64,000 bases of DNA from Microbotryum violaceum (Eukaryota): positions 496,001 to 560,000 of the forward strand of contig CDLV01000006.1 of NCBI GenBank assembly GCA_001244265.2. Direction: 5' to 3'. The notes under the pieces are model-generated. The model worked only from the letters and a program-made list of their open reading frames with translations, ran no database searches and was not told the DNA's origin. Below, piece by piece: positions 11,601 to 24,586 of the stretch (its first letter is position 1; the number at the start of each line of letters is the position of its first letter). The translations under genes were made by a program, and so were the position numbers.

Positions 11601-14600
11601 TCGTCGATCGCAGGCGCCTTGAGCAACCCGAGCGAGAACATCAGCTTAGCCTCTTCCGACGACGACCTCCATTTCATCAGGGACTTGGTCCAATCAAGGA
11701 GAGGTAGGCCCAATCTGCGATGCGCCTCGGTCGGTTCGTAGAGTGTTGCAGCCATATGGCGCACAGTTTTGGAATTTCCAATTTGGCCCTCTGCGTCAGG
11801 GGCCGAGATGATCGGTGCCTCGCCTTCTTGGGGTAGCCAAGCCGTCTTCCTCAACCGGTCTAGCTCGTTCGCCGTCAGCGTCGCGGACACGCTGACGAGG
11901 TACCTCACGACATCGACGTGGGACCACCCTCCTTCGGCTCCCAGTAAGCGAGTGAAGACGAGCTGGAGTTCGACGTGACGACGAACGCCTAGAGCGAGCA
12001 AGACCTTCTCCAACGCTCCTTTGACGGCGGTCCCGCTCGGAAGAGTGACGATGGGAAGATCCTCGAAGAGCACAACGGAGGGAAAGTAACTCTCGCTGGC
12101 TAGTTTCTGGCCCTGACGAGTCGGCATAAAGCGCAGCGGAGCCATTAGAGTCGACAGCTCGTGTTGCCGAGACGTCGATAGTGTTGACCAACCCCGGGAT
12201 ATGGTCATTAAGAACTGCAAAGGAAGGAATCCGCAATGGGGCTGTGTGAGCTATGGACACTCTCTCCAAGGCCAGCGCTGCCTCTGTCAAGGACCTTACC
12301 TTCTCAGCGAACGGAGGCGAAACCAGCACATTCGTTTCGGCCGATATTTTTGCACCCGTACACGCCGGCGAGACAACATGCCGTGCCCAATCCAACGAGG
12401 TCAACTCCGTAAACTCAAAAACCCTTGCCAGATCTGCACCTTGGAACCTTCGCGTCAACTCGAACGGCAGCGTGTGATCGGGCAGAGGAAGATCGGGTGT
12501 GATCGTCTGGGGGTTGAGGTACGTCTGGAATGCCGAAAGGGGTAGGATTCTCTCCTCCTCAGTCGTCCGATCACTCAGAGACAACATCGCCGAATCTTTA
12601 AGTCGAGCCAGTAAGGAGGGGGAGTAGGATCGATTCGCCGCGAGGGACAGCCACCATCTGAAGGCGTCGCTCGCTTCGGCGATCGTTAGAGGGTGGGACG
12701 CGAGGTCGTTCAAGATGTCCTCGAGGCTGATGTCCTTGACCAAACCCTTTTCGCGCAAGATGCCCATCACACGTGGAGCCCCTGACGAAACCAATTCGGG
12801 CACAACCGGAATGCCTTTGATGAACGTCAAGGCCGGGTTAGGTAATCGCACTTTGGACGCCGATGTCGGACCCAGCTGAGATATGAGCGTGATCGATGTA
12901 TTGGCGTTGGATTGAAAGAACGCAGCCTCGGTCAGGGTCGAAACAATCTCTTGCGGTGTCGAAGGGGTGTAGGTGAAGAAGCGCATCAAGTGTAAGGCCC
13001 TCTCCTGCAACCGCTTCTTCTGCTCGTCGTCGATCTTGGCCGTGTACAGGCGTGCGATCTCAGACATCTCCTCTTCAAACACGGTCCGCGCCAATACGCC
13101 GCCCATCGCGAGCAATTCGCGATTCCAATCGGCGACGTATTTCGCCTGGAAGTCCAGCGACTCCCTCTCGACCGTCGACACGAACCTCGCCGCGATGCTG
13201 GACGCGCATCCAGTAGTCTGGAACGTCGGGAATCCAATGAAGACGCGGCCACTGGACTCGAGATTGGACAAGAGGCCGGCAAACACCTGACGCGCATTCT
13301 TCTCCTCGGTCGTCGCCACCGCCTCTTTCCCGGCTTGCGAGGCGTCGAACTCGTCTTTTCCGGTCCAGATCAGCGAATAAACCGTCGTTGATGGAAGGCC
13401 CTTTTTGGTTGCTCGTAGCATCTCGGTACTGAACTGTCTCGTCGGAGTGACGCGCAAAGTCGATGAAACCGTTCTCAGGAACAGCGACACCGCCAGCAGG
13501 GTGAAAGGGTCCTGTATCGGTGTGGCGACGGAGGACGAAGCGGTGGGTACGAGAGCCGGAGCCGGAGCGGCACTGGACTTTGATGTGAAGGCAGCGAGCA
13601 TTTTGGAAGCAAAAGATGAAGCTGCAGCTGCGGGGGCCGAGGCGAACGATGGGGTTGGCGCTTTCGGCTGCACCGCGTAGCACAACAGCCAGCGAGAAAT
13701 ATCGACCTTTAGCTGCACTGGTGCCTCGTCGATACGAGTGAGGTGCAGGATCTTGAGAGGCGAGGTTGCTGCAAGGTTGGAGCGAAGGGGTATCGGTCTC
13801 GAAGGTGCCAAGGCTTTGGTGACGCGAAACAAGACATGGCCGTCAAAGTGCATCGAGACGTGGCGGATCTTGGTGGTGAACGCGAGACAGGTCGTCAGGA
13901 AGCGAGCGAACACGAGCGGGTCCGGCATCGGCTCGGGTTCCCGAAGATCCATGGCGAACGTCGACCAGGGATGCCCTTCGGAGGAGTAGTGGTTCAAGCC
14001 GTTGGGGTCTACCGCCGTCTTGACGTAGAGTTGATCGCCCCCATCCTTCCAGAAGAAGAGCATGACTTTCTCTCCCGAGGAGACGAGAGGCTCGTCGCAG
14101 ATGGAGAAGAGCGAGTAGAAGCCGACACCGAAAGCGCCTGTCACATGAAGGCGGAAGCAAGACCAAGTCGGGAGAAGTTGAGGTGAGCCAGCCAGCACGG
14201 CCGCCTCCGAGCTCACCAAAAAAACTCACCAATCTTGCTCTCATCCGGATTCCCCTCGGCGATCTTTTTCAACCTCATCCAATCCTCATCACGAAATACC
14301 TGCCCATCGTTCCTGACGACGATCTGCGCGAGCTTGTGTTTCTTGAGGTTGGGCAAGCCGCCGGTCACTTGGTCGGAGGAATGGAGGGTCGTCGCCGAGG
14401 CCGGGTCGACGGTCGTACGGAAATGTATCTCGACGTGGCACGCGCCCGCGTCATCACTGTTCTGCAGTAGTTCCCGAAATACTGGAGTAGAACAACCACA
14501 AAGGTCAGGAGGAGAAGGTGCGTGCGCAAAGGAAGTGAACGCCTCGGCCTTGCCGTTCGACGGCGAGCGTTCATTCAGTACTGACCAGTCTGTTCCCCGC

Positions 14601-14846
14601 TGTACCGGGCGAGGATCTTTTCGATCAAAGCCCTTTGGTTGACCTAGAGTGCAGCAGATTCCATGCCCAGGACATACAAGAGCGAGCAGTCCACGTCAGC
14701 CCAAGGTGCGCGTGAATAGGTCTCGGGTGCTCGTGCCAAGTGGCGCCCTGGACGAACGCCCGAGTGAGCTCATCTGGTGCACGACCACTCACCGAGACCG
14801 CTTCGTCGACGCCTTGGGATAGCAGTTGCTTCAAATCGGTTTGCAT
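8641..14846 (-). CDS. Large GHKL/sacsin-like ATPase protein (DUF3684-type) with CUE-like domain and C-terminal HExxH motif
   Basis: Multi-exon gene. N-terminus MQTDLKQLLSQGVDEAVS/VNQRALIEKILARYSGE. GHKL boxes FRELLQNSDDAG, VRNDG and KIGAFGVGFYSLFS. CUE-like QLEHLFPDADPAFLSQLL...VENAVNALL at ~9880-9985. HTLAHEVAHNLV near the C-terminus. The last exon ends ...EQEQQRRE* at 8641. Confidence 0.85.
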
Positions 14847-15453
14847 CGTCCGGAGAAGGGATCGGGAACGAGGCCGACGGGGCCGACGGGGTGCTGCACG
14901 CGCCGACGTTCGTCGAGGTTACGACGCGAGGACCGAGCGGATCGACGGATGTTCGGGCAACGACCAGCACCAACGCAATGTGTGTACAAGTCTGGAAGAG
15001 ATTCCAATGCGACAAAGCGAAGCGGAACGAAGCGGAACGGAACGGGGCAGCACGACAATGCAGTGTTTGTACAGGAGGGCGCACACCGGCCCGAACTCGA
15101 CGCCGACTGACTTCGGAAACTGAACGGGAGTCTACGGCAGTGGTGCGACCGGAATCAAACCGAGGCCCGGCAGCCCACGCGCCGACGAGTCGCGACGCGG
15201 TCAAGGCTGCCAGTGGCAACTTCGGGCACAATTTTGATTTTACGGCACTCTTTCGACCCTGGCGCGCACAAAGGAGACGAGCATAGGACTCGGGCAAGAG
15301 ACAGAAATGGATCGATGAGAACATGCACAACCACAACTGAAAGCAGACGAATGACTACGCTCTGAGCACCACCTGCAGTGTCCGGTCGCCTCGCGAGACA
15401 ATCCCCCCGCGACCCTTGGCCAGCCCCTCCTACGATCGACGAATCCAGTCGAT

Positions 15454-16101
15454 CTAATCCTCAAATCCTTCTACGCTAGCGTCTCGTGCCCGACTCGGTA
15501 CTGTTGACGCGGTCGCAGCAGAAGGATAAGATTCGAACAGGTCCATACGAGATCGAGAGAGCGCAATGCAGTGGATCGAATGTCAGTTCAGATCAGACCC
15601 TTGCCAGGATAGTAAGCCCGGGAGCGGTTGCTGTATCTTATCTTACAGGGGTAAGTCGTCGGTGGTCGCTCGGCGGGCCTCCACCCCCACGATCGGCGCA
15701 CTTCGGGAACGACCAGCACCATGAGCGGACCTGTAGAAGAGGGACCCAACATCGTACCCACCATCAGAACTCGGATATCCAGGTCTGTGTTCCACCTCCC
15801 AACGTGTAGCTCGTCACGAACCAACAAGGCCAATCGCGATCGAGTAGAAGATCACCGGTTGCTCGTGAGCCGATCGTTGCTGCAGTGAATGGCATGGAAT
15901 AAGACGGTGACAAAGGACGGTGCGATACATGGGAATCAGTTCGAGAGTGCATGCGATGAACCATCGTTCTGCACCACCGAACTCGAGTGTCGACTCGAGG
16001 GCAAGCTCAGCATCGCAGGCCGTATCGTGGTGGTCGGGACGTACCAGGTATCGGTATGACTGGCGGAAGGGGCCCAGGATCGATCCGTGAAGTGTGGCCA
16101 T
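15454..16101 (-). CDS. NADH:ubiquinone oxidoreductase 9.5 kDa subunit (NI9M/NDUFA3-like), 4 short exons
   Basis: Spliced product MATLHGSILGPFRQSYRYL/QRSAHEQPVIFYSIAIGLV/GPLMVLVVPEVRRSWGWRPAERPPTTYP/LPSRARDASVEGFED* matches the fungal complex I 9.5 kDa subunit pattern (one TM, then PTTYPLP). GT-AG introns. Confidence 0.9.
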
Positions 16102-16455
16102 GATTGGGCGTAGGAATATACTGCGATGATGGGCGGCGTCCAAGCTGGCGACCGCTTCGTTCTCGTCCTCGCTCGTGAGCGCAAGTTAGGCCAGGTCTGC
16201 CCAGGTCTGCCCAGATCTGCCAAGGTTAGCGCGCCCTGCTCAGCAGTCTGCGCCAGCCTGCTAGCCTGCAGCCATGCGCCCGTACTCGGCTGCTCTGCTG
16301 CCCACGCTGGCCTGCGCTGCGGTTCGCTCTCGTACTCAATCCCGATTGCCCGCCGGACCAGAGCAAACACCCGGCACCCCCAGTCCACCTTGCACGCTAC
16401 AACGACTCGAAATCCCGTGTGATCGCCGGCCTTCACACTTGTCCTGCCATTCGAG

Positions 16456-18075
16456 ATGGATCACCTTTCCCGGCTACCCTCGGAACTTCTACAACAGGTC
16501 TTGGACAATCTCAGCGCCAGCCTTAGCGCCGCTAGTCCCGGCCTCGGCCTCGACCTCCCCTCGCCCTCGATCCAACACCACGGCGCCTCACCCCTTTCCG
16601 CACCTTACCTCGGCCTATCCTCCCTCGCAACGACGAGTCGACATTTTCATCGACATATCGCTCCTTTAATGCATTCCCTATTCTGCCTCCACTCGTCCTC
16701 GCATTTGACCGCTTTCGTCGAGACGTGCACTCGACCACCGAAGATTTTGAAGATCGCGACTACGAGAAGAATCTACCTCGTCCAAGAACGCACACACAAC
16801 TCCCCAGCACTCGAAATGGTCTCAAGAGTCAATCCAACGACTATTTGCAAGCCCACTTGTCCGCGAGTCGCACGAGTTGCATACCACAGGCGTCGAATCG
16901 ACCTCGGCACTACTCCGTGTGCTCGACGCGTGGGTCGTCTCGTCCCAGGGTAGCGGCGAAGCAAGTGGCGCGGATACAGGACTCAAGACATTGGTGATCA
17001 AAGCGAACCATATAAGATTCAACGTCGGTGAGGATGGGCCCGATATTGTCGAAGGTATCGGTCGAGATATCTCAAACCTGACGATCGAGTCAGACAGTCT
17101 CGATCCCAAGTGCTCGCATTTCTCAAGTTTAACGGCTCAGAAACCTGCAGCACCGCACCCATGTCCACTCCTCGGCCTTCTGTGTCGCTTGTCGCTCTCA
17201 TTGGAAGACCTTTCTCTTTCGCGCTTGGCCTTCTCGGCCCCTCCTTCGTCTCGGCTGGGGATGAAATTTGGTCGGTCGGCTTCGGCACCTCTCGTTGCAC
17301 CACTGCGACGTTTCTGCAGCTGCGCTCGCTTTCATGCTGGAAGGGAGCCGCATGGAATCTCTCGAGCTTGTGGCGTGTTCGGGTTTGACTCGGGATGGAC
17401 TTATCGCCATCGCACAACGTCACGATCAACAACTCCGGTCACTTCGGCTCGAGGCGGACACATCGCTGATGGGTGACCTGCCTCCCCCCTCTCCACCTCG
17501 GGCTCCGAACGCATCTCGCCCATCCCCTTCCAATAGTCCACGTCAACATCGACCAGCTGAAACGCACCTGCTATTGCCTCTACACCACGTTCTCGACTCG
17601 ATCCTACCCCACACGCCCAATCTGATTCATCTGACCTTGGTCAGGCCCTTTAGCCTCGAGCGACCTGGACTTTTCCACTCTCACCCCTCGACTGCGCACC
17701 CTCAGCATATCCCAACGCCCCATCTGGTCCAATTCCTCCACTCTACGCACCCTCTTCTCGGGCCTCTCTCTTCCCTTGAACCTCCGTCGACTCATCGTCG
17801 AGCGACCCATTCCAATCAGTTGTTCGTCCGCCTCGGAACTCGATGCCACCGGCTTGGATCTACAAGAGGTATGGGGTTTGGCTCGATCGAGGGAATTGGG
17901 AGTCGATGTGGGTGGGAGTTTGTTCGAGTGTTTGAATGAGAGGATGAGGTGGGCTGATGAGGTTGGGTGGAGGGAGGCGAACAGGGGAGAGGAGGGGATG
18001 GGGAGGGAAGATACAGAGTCATGGCGCACGGGCGCGGGGAACGGGAGAAAGAGGAAGAGACCGAGTCTGTGTTGA
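16456..18075 (+). CDS. F-box-like protein with LRR-like C-terminal region (spliced; exon boundaries approximate)
   Basis: N-terminal LSRLPSELLQQVLDNL is an F-box start. LRR-like segments LEDLSLSRL, LRHLSLHHC, MESLELVAC and LRSLRLE lie across consecutive ORFs. The C-terminus is basic (RKRKRP). Confidence 0.7.
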
Positions 18076-18395
18076 TCAGCACTGGAGGAAGGATTGGAAC
18101 AGTATTACTCTTACGATATCGACGGAGCAGTTGCGAGGATTTGGAAAGGAATCTCCTGCCTACTCCGAATTCGTCCTCAGTGTGGCTGTGCTGCAAACCC
18201 GGCGAGTGGCAAACGTGATCGGCGGTGAGCCGGTGGGCTCTGTGAGCAACGTGTCACGTGAGTCGCAACCGCCGATCCAGCGCATCGTGGCGCCGATCAC
18301 TTTCTGGGCGGTTGCCAACCCATCGTCCTCATCTCTCGCTTCTCCCTCTTTCTTCTCCCTCAACACCCAGCCCACCCTCCGTTCCAAAACAAATC

Positions 18396-19985
18396 ATGTC
18401 CTCTTCTGACACCGAGGGTTCTCTGATCGTCGCTATCACCAATGTGCAACTCGCGCATCTCTCCGGCGGTGTCTCGACACCCTTAGCAACGGGAACGCTC
18501 CAACTCGTCAACGTCATTGTCGCCTCCCCCGCCTCCGCCTCTGCCTCCCCCGCCACGTCGAGCTCCGTCCTCCTGATGACGTTGCAGGTCCAGGGTGAGA
18601 CCGAACCTATTTTCGAGCTAGTGCTTGCTCCTGAATCACGTATTCTCGGCGAGGGTCCATCGTCCTACATCGTACCCAACTACCAACCCGGTGCTTCCAA
18701 CAGCGAACAAGAGAACTCCGGTTCGATCAAGGTCACACTCCCTTCGACGATCGATACCGTTTCACGCGAAACGTTCGAACATGTCTTGTGGGGGATGACG
18801 AGCTTTGCCTCCAGCTCTTCTGCTCGATCAGGAGGAGCTCACCCTCCCGCGTATTCTCCTTCCAATTACGGCACCGCCCCTTCGTCACCGACGCTCGGAG
18901 CGACGACCATCACCCCTTCGACGAACGACCTGCGCTCGCAATTGGTGCTCGTCGATTCGAACGGCAACCTCGTCGGCACCTTGGCGGACAACGTCTCCCT
19001 ACACGAAGACGCTTCCCTTGCACAAGAGCAACAAGGAGAGAACGAGAAGGAACCCGTCATCGTCGAGACTTCGGCTGTTACTTCGGCATCCGGTACAAGT
19101 TCAGGAGCGACGACGCCGACTTCAGGTGGGGGTCATCATTTCGATTTCTCCGTTCGACCACTTTCGGCCTTCAACCAAACGCCGAACCCGAGCAACTCGA
19201 CCATCATCACCTGGGGTGATTATCTCTCCCACGGCATCATCGTAGGAGGTGATCTGGTCTCACGTACGCTCGAATATGGCGCCGACACCCTCGTTTCCAA
19301 ACGCGCACCGACGAGCAAACCTTTGGTCTTTAGCGAGACGACCAAGAGCCGAATGGGGCAGACGACCGCGTACAGTGGGCAAGTCGTCAAGGTGTCGAAC
19401 AAGGCGGCCAAGATGGTTGGTGATGCGGCGGCCAGAGTCGGCGATAGGATCGGGAAAGCCACGGGGATTCAGAGTAAGTACTTAACCCATGAGGGTTGAC
19501 GGCGGGTGTACGTTGGATGTACGTTGGACCGTCGAGGGCTGATCACGCTTCCCACCTCAATTCTCTTCTCACCAGCTCAACCCTCCGGTAAAGCCCCTAA
19601 AGGTCTCAAAGGTCTCGTCAACAAATCCTTGATCGCTTTCAACACCGTCCTCGACGCGAGCGAGACCACCGCCAAACAACTCCTCGTCAGCGGCGGGCAA
19701 TCCTCGACCAAAGTCATTCACCACACCTTGGGTAACGACGCGGCGCATGTCTCGGCTCATGTCGGAGCGGGGGCACAGAACGTTTTCTTGGTTTATTTGG
19801 ATGCGAGAGGCGTAAGTAGGAGGGCGTTGATGAAAGGGGTTGGAAAGGGCGCGTTGAGGTGCAAGATGCAGGACGGAAGGGAGGTCGTCTTGACAGATGA
19901 TAAAGGGCAGACACCGAACGCGGCGCTGGGAACGTCGCCGTTGCCGCCGACGATTTCGGAGAAAGGGGTTCCGACTAAGCACTGA
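18396..19985 (+). CDS. Senescence/spartin-associated domain protein, 2 exons
   Basis: ATG at 18396, intron at ~19473-19575. C-terminal region YLSHGIIVGGDLVSRTLEYGA...KGLVNKSLIAFNTVLDASETTAKQLL...HHTLGNDA resembles the senescence domain. Confidence 0.75.
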
Positions 19986-20254
19986 GGGTTTCCCTGGCGA
20001 CTTGGCTCTTCGGACCCACACGGAGATCCGACTCAACTTGTTGAGTGGTCTGTAATGCGAGCCTTGTAAAAGTAGAGCGAGCTGTAGCCCGACAAAAGGC
20101 ATGATGACCTCGCCCGGGCAAGACTGCGACATGGTCGAAGATCTGACTGATGCGAGTATGCGAATGCAAGCAACAACAAATCTACGTGAAACGTAGATGT
20201 ACCGGATTCGAAAGTGGAGACGAGCCCCTACCAGACAAGCTCCCACGTAGAGGA

Positions 20255-21846
20255 TCAAGCCTTCTGACCCGGTTGATCGTCCCGATGGGTCGGACAGAAC
20301 GTCCCCGGTCGTTCCCAGTACTCTTCAATGCAGTTCGAATGCATGACGCAGTAGCACGAGAGGCGGGCAAGGTCTTCGCCGATCTCAAAGTCTTCGAGAC
20401 AGATGATGCATTCTTGAGGTTGCTTCGTTGTTGAATCGCGGGGTATCGTTTCGGAGGTGGCGGCGAAAACTAAAGGATGTAACAAAGTTTGTGTCAACAT
20501 CGATAGATAGAGTATAGCCTCATGATGAAAAAGAGGTGACTCACTCGCGTGTTCGCGGCCCAAACCCCTGAGCGCAGGCCCACCGTCGCAGCAAGCTTGA
20601 ACATGCTGTTCCCGAGCCAACGTCGACATGGACGAGGCAAATGCTTCGTCACAGATCGGACACGACCCCATCGTCGTTCCGTCGGTCGTCCCCAGACATG
20701 TCGAGAGGTGTTCAGCCATGGCCCCACCGTCGTCGGGTAAAACGGCGTGACAAATGCCGCATTTGATCCAGCCCTCCTCTTGCTGGACGGGTGGATCATC
20801 ATGGTCGATCGGTCGAGCACGCACACGGTCGGTAGCGACAGCAGCAGCATTGTCAGGTACAACGTTGCCAGCCGGAACCTGCGCGGGTTGAGGAGCCTGA
20901 GCAGGAGCGGCGGGTGGTGGAGGAGGCGCTCGCCGCTGTTCCGCTCGATCACGGCGAGCTCGGTGGTGTTGCAACTGGGCCTCGCCCCGTCGAGTTCGTT
21001 CTATATCCTCGACCGCACGACGTAGCTCGGCCATCTCCCGTCTCGCCTGTAGCTGATCTTGTTTCAGATCATGCTCCAATTCGGCCTTCATCGTAGACTG
21101 GATCATCTCGCGCTCCTCGAGGGCCTCCGCCCCTACTTCTCGATCTTGTTGCCGTTCCCGCTGCATGTTAAGGAACACGACGCCCGGTATCTGTCTCGAT
21201 ACGTCGAACTCGGCATGGTCCTGTAGCAGGTCGTACATGCACGCGAACCAGAGATTCCCCGGGTTGGATCTTTGGCGGGACAGACACTCACTCCATCGTT
21301 CTCCATCGACTCGCGACATTTCGGTTCGCTCTAAGTATTCTGTCGTGCGACTGTACACAAATGAACGATGAAGTCGCCGGTTAGTCAGCGCACAGTGATT
21401 GCACACCCCAATTACGGTCTTGTCCCGTCGCGTCGCACAGGAACTGCACGAGGCGCTCCCAGCCGAAAGATACGCCGGGAGCACGCCTCGAGCGCCTCGG
21501 CGAGCGAGCGAGCGACGGGGGCCCAACGACGGGGGCCAACGACGTACGCCTTGATCCTCCTCTTGACACTTTCGGCGATCTTGTACCAGGGGATCGTCCC
21601 ACTGACGAAGGTGTTTTCCAGCACGATCCCCAGCACTGTGGCTTCGTTCGTCCTCGACCTTGACCAATTCGGTCGCAAACTGAACAGGCGTTGCGCGTCC
21701 TCGACGTCGATCACGCCGCTTTGGCAAATTGTGTACATGAGGTGCTCTTCGTAATGCGGGTTGCGGGCCCATCGAATCGTGTTCCCATGGAGCGGTATGA
21801 TCTGCGAGAGCTCGATGGCTTTGGCTTGTAGTTGAGCAGCGTTCAT
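20255..21846 (-). CDS. RING E3 ubiquitin ligase with Pib1-type RING and two C2HC (UBZ-like) fingers, 3 exons
   Basis: C-terminal CIICLEDFEIGEDLARLSCYCVMHSNCIEEYWERPGTFCPTH. Upstream fingers CGIC...EHLSTC and CPIC...QHVQAC. In-frame splices at ~21415-21352 and ~20544-20472. Confidence 0.8.
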
Positions 21847-22113
21847 CGTGCGAGAGGCGCGGGTGTGGGCGCGCAGTTTGTGACGCGAAGGACGTGGTGA
21901 CCAGGCGCAGAAACGAAGTTACACATAGACTTGATCCAATTTATCGATGGTTGGTCCTCGACCCTGCGAGCGGTGAGAAAGCTCGAAGGGCGATCGGCCT
22001 GAGTAAGCGGGCGTCGAGAAGGAAGAGGAAAGACCGCCTTGGCCAGCGCCGCCCGGATGCGCGCCCATCCAGTCGCACGACACGAAGTGACGCGTCGAGC
22101 CCCGTGATGCGAA

Positions 22114-22184
22114 TCTTTCGCATGGCTAACGATAAACTCTTCCGCAGGGCTAACAAGAAAGTCTTCCGCGGGGCTAACGATAAA
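22114..22184. repeat. Three imperfect copies of a 24-bp unit (GGCTAACGATAAACTCTTCCGCAG)
   Basis: GGCTAAC recurs at 22124, 22148 and 22172, and TCTT(T/C)CGC recurs with the same period. Confidence 0.8.
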
Positions 22185-22285
22185 TGGCACGAAAGTTTTG
22201 TGGCATGCAGAATACAGTTGGGTAAAGACCGATCTTACTCAAGCTGGCTCCTGTCCTTAGTATCACCTCACCACAGTGACCTTCC

Positions 22286-24586
22286 CTAGCTCCCGCTTCG
22301 GGAAAGATTTTCAGGCCTGCTCAGAAGGCATCCTTCATCAGCTCTTACCCTTTCTGACACCCCGACGAGTCTACCAACCCACTCACGCCTCAATCATGAC
22401 TTTCAACACCCCTGCGACCGTATTGCCCTCCGCACCACCCTTTCCATCAGGCACACTACACATCCCAAGTATCGACTTGATCTCCTCCGCCGTCGCTCCC
22501 CTGCTCTGCGTCTGCCCAGTCGCGTCGATACCGGTCCATAGTGTCGGTGTCAAACAAACGACGAGGTTGTAAGCGTCCATCTTGTTGTGGGCTTTGTTGG
22601 CTTCGATCGCGCCGAGAATGTCGACGAGTTGTCCGAGTAGGTTCCGTTCTGGCGCTGGAAGGGAGGGGAGCAGATTCGTTCGGAGGTAGACTTCCGCTTC
22701 CGAACGCGGGAGTGGGCAGGAGATTATGGTGCTTTCTAGGGAGAATGGGAAGATTGGCGTCGGTAAGGAGCAAAGGTAGAGCTTAAGGAGAGACGCGGCG
22801 AGGTGAGGTGCGTCGGGGTAGGTAGGTAGAGTAAGAGTGTGGCCTGAAGAGAGCAACAAGGTTCAGCATCGGCTAGGCGGATGGAGAATGGAGTGGGGTC
22901 ATTCGCATACCTCGATCGTAGGCAGCTTGCAAGATGGCTACCATCGTTGCGCTCGGACTCTTTCGAAAGATACCCGTCGATTCGGGACCTACAATAAAAC
23001 GTACGCCGGAGAATATCAGGCCCGCGCTCCCGGGACTTGTACCAAGCGTACCTACCTTGCGTTCGCAATACCTCGAAGCAGTCGACCACGCAAGACGGTG
23101 GTTCTTTATCACCTTCAGCTCCCATCGTCTGGAGGAGAAGGTTATCCTCGATTTAGTCCTCGCCGCATTCAACAATTCTTGAGTAAGAGACTCGCCTCGG
23201 AGAGAGGTACGCCAAACTGCTTCGATGAAGTCCGATCTAAGGAAGCAGCAAGGTCACCATGACTTTCATGTCGCGCGTTTGCTCTGTGTCATAGACGTGG
23301 TCTCAGCCCTGGACTTTCACAAAAAGGCAGATTTGGAGCAGACTGACGCATACACCTCTGGCGGAAATTCGATGCTGTAAGCCTCAGCAACGTTGGGTCT
23401 CAGCTGTGGACGTGTCTAGCTCCGAGGCCTCGGGCGAGGCTCACCTCAGGAAAATCGCACTACCCACTTCTTTGGCTAAAGCGCCCAAGGTCGCACAATG
23501 CACCATCTTCCTCGTCACCTTGGCTTTTCCTGACAATAACCGACTCGTGAACAGCGCCAAGAGTGCCTGTGGGTTCTCGTGGAACGAACCCGTCAGTCCG
23601 ATCCACTGCAGTCACTCGGCGGTCTCGGGACTGACCCTTAGTGACCATCCTCCGCCAACGACCCAGACCTTGAGGACATTCTTGCGCGTCTCGCGGCTCA
23701 AGCTCAGAAACAAAGAAATGAGTCTTGCTGTTGGCGGTGGATTCGGTACTGGTGAGGCTAAGAGGATCTGCACGCAAGGTGGAGTGGGGAAACGATTGGG
23801 CAGATTTTTCTTACTAGCCTCTTGCTCACTTGGACACGCACCAGTGAGTAAGGCCCGTTCCGAGCGTATGATTCAAGTCGATTTGTGAGAGCTTCAAGGA
23901 TGGTGTCGTATCCTAGTGAAGTAGCTGAAGGGAGGTAGCAGGCTGCGAGGACCAGAAGAGGTGTCTTCGCCCCACTGGACCCGGAACCGGATGTGCGAGA
24001 AGTGACCTGGAGAGGGTAAAGAAGCGGGCTAAGCAGAGCAGCCTTCACTTTCAGGAAGAGGGGAAGGAGAGGAGCCCACGCGATAGAGCAGTATTTCGAG
24101 GAGTGGATCATCCTCGGCCTGGTAGCTTGGACCACCCCCACTTGTCGCGAGCTCGGCCATCGCTCTGGCTTTCCGGTTCTCTTGGCTCAGACCGGCGTGG
24201 TCGGACAGGTTCTTCCATTCTTGAGGCAAGGCAGCTCGTTGTGCGTTGCTGGCCGCAGTGGCTGCCGTGGTACCCGATCGAATAGGGGCCGTCGTCGAGG
24301 AGCCGAGTGTGGAGGAGGCGGTCAAAGCGAGAGTGCTCGTCGCCTGTGTCCACGTGGAGGAGATGGTGCTGAACCAGCTGGCTCTGGTCGATGTTGTCGC
24401 ATGTGCGGATGTAGATGTTGCGGAGGACCGGGAGCGTGACCGGGAACGTGAACGTGAAGATGACGTTGAAGGCTGCAGTAGCTGTGGTGATGATGGCTGT
24501 GCGGCAATGTCAGTCTTGCGTTCTAGTTGCGCGGTCCGATTGTGGGCCGATGTGGGCCGGGACGTTGATGGGATGGGCCCTGACAT
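22286..24586 (-). CDS. RhoGAP with CRAL-TRIO/BCH domain (p50RhoGAP-like); 3' end approximate
   Basis: BCH-like KTPLLVLAACYLP...YSLV. GAP motifs PESTGIFRKSPS (arginine finger), AASLLKLYLCSLPTPIF and NKMDAYNLVVCLTPTL. Multiple GT-AG introns. Confidence 0.85.

Noticed and set aside
20098-20153. ATGATGA...CTGA with a short terminal stem, like a C/D snoRNA
   Set aside because: Only ~50 nt between the boxes and no recognisable rRNA guide; lies in convergent 3' UTRs.
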